Assembly: GCA_036867785.1 (NCBI GenBank)
Contig: CP145418.1
Location: forward strand, 1,287,725 to 1,307,724
DNA from: Plasmodiophora brassicae
Lineage: Eukaryota
Length of the DNA: 20,000 nt
Reading direction: 5' to 3'
The notes under the pieces are model-generated. The model did no database searches. It had not been told where the DNA came from and saw only the letters and a list, made by a program, of their open reading frames with translations. Position 1 is the first letter of the stretch; each line of letters begins with the position of its first letter. Of this stretch, positions 19,766-20,000 are shown in pieces. The position numbers and the translations under genes were made by a program.

Positions 19766-20000
19766 GGCTTAGGGTTTTTTTAGGGTTTTTAGGGTTTTAG
19801 GGTTTTAGGGTTTTTTAGGGTTTTAGGGCTTAGGGTTTTTATTAGGGCTTAGGGTTTTAGGGTTTTAGGGTTTTAGGGTTTTTAGGGTTTTTAGGGTTTT
19901 AGGGTTTTAGGGTTTTAGGGTTTTAGGGTTTTAGGGTTTTAGGGTTTTAGGGTTTTAGGGTTTTAGGGTTTTAGGGTTTTAGGGTTTAGGGTTTTTAGGG
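19764..20000 (+). repeat. Telomere, (TTTTAGGG)n with proximal variant repeats
   Basis: A G-rich strand runs to the end of the window. It is mostly T4AG3, with CTTAGGG and T5-T7 variants concentrated near the junction. Confidence 0.98.

Overview
This window is the right-hand end of a eukaryotic chromosome. It is GC-rich, has short (about 40-65 nt) GT-AG introns, and ends in a (TTTTAGGG)n telomere. That combination fits a plasmodiophorid such as Plasmodiophora brassicae, but the organism is an inference. From left to right: (1) an intronless minus-strand gene (287-2740) for a candidate secreted protein with an F-box-like motif and degenerate ankyrin-like repeats; (2) a decayed array of plus-strand, intron-containing Cys/His-rich modules (~3940-7260 and ~8590-10200); (3) a 5'-truncated, frameshifted USP (peptidase C19) pseudogene (7270-8151) followed by a G20 tract; (4) a spliced minus-strand gene of about 1,750 aa (10389-~16076). 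The ORF track breaks this gene into pieces, but five consecutive phase-0 introns join a large unidentified region in frame to an apparently intact, divergent USP deubiquitinase domain; (5) about 14 copies of a 169-bp subtelomeric satellite that parses as a 123-nt exon plus a 46-nt GT-AG intron; (6) the telomere, joined directly onto a truncated satellite unit.
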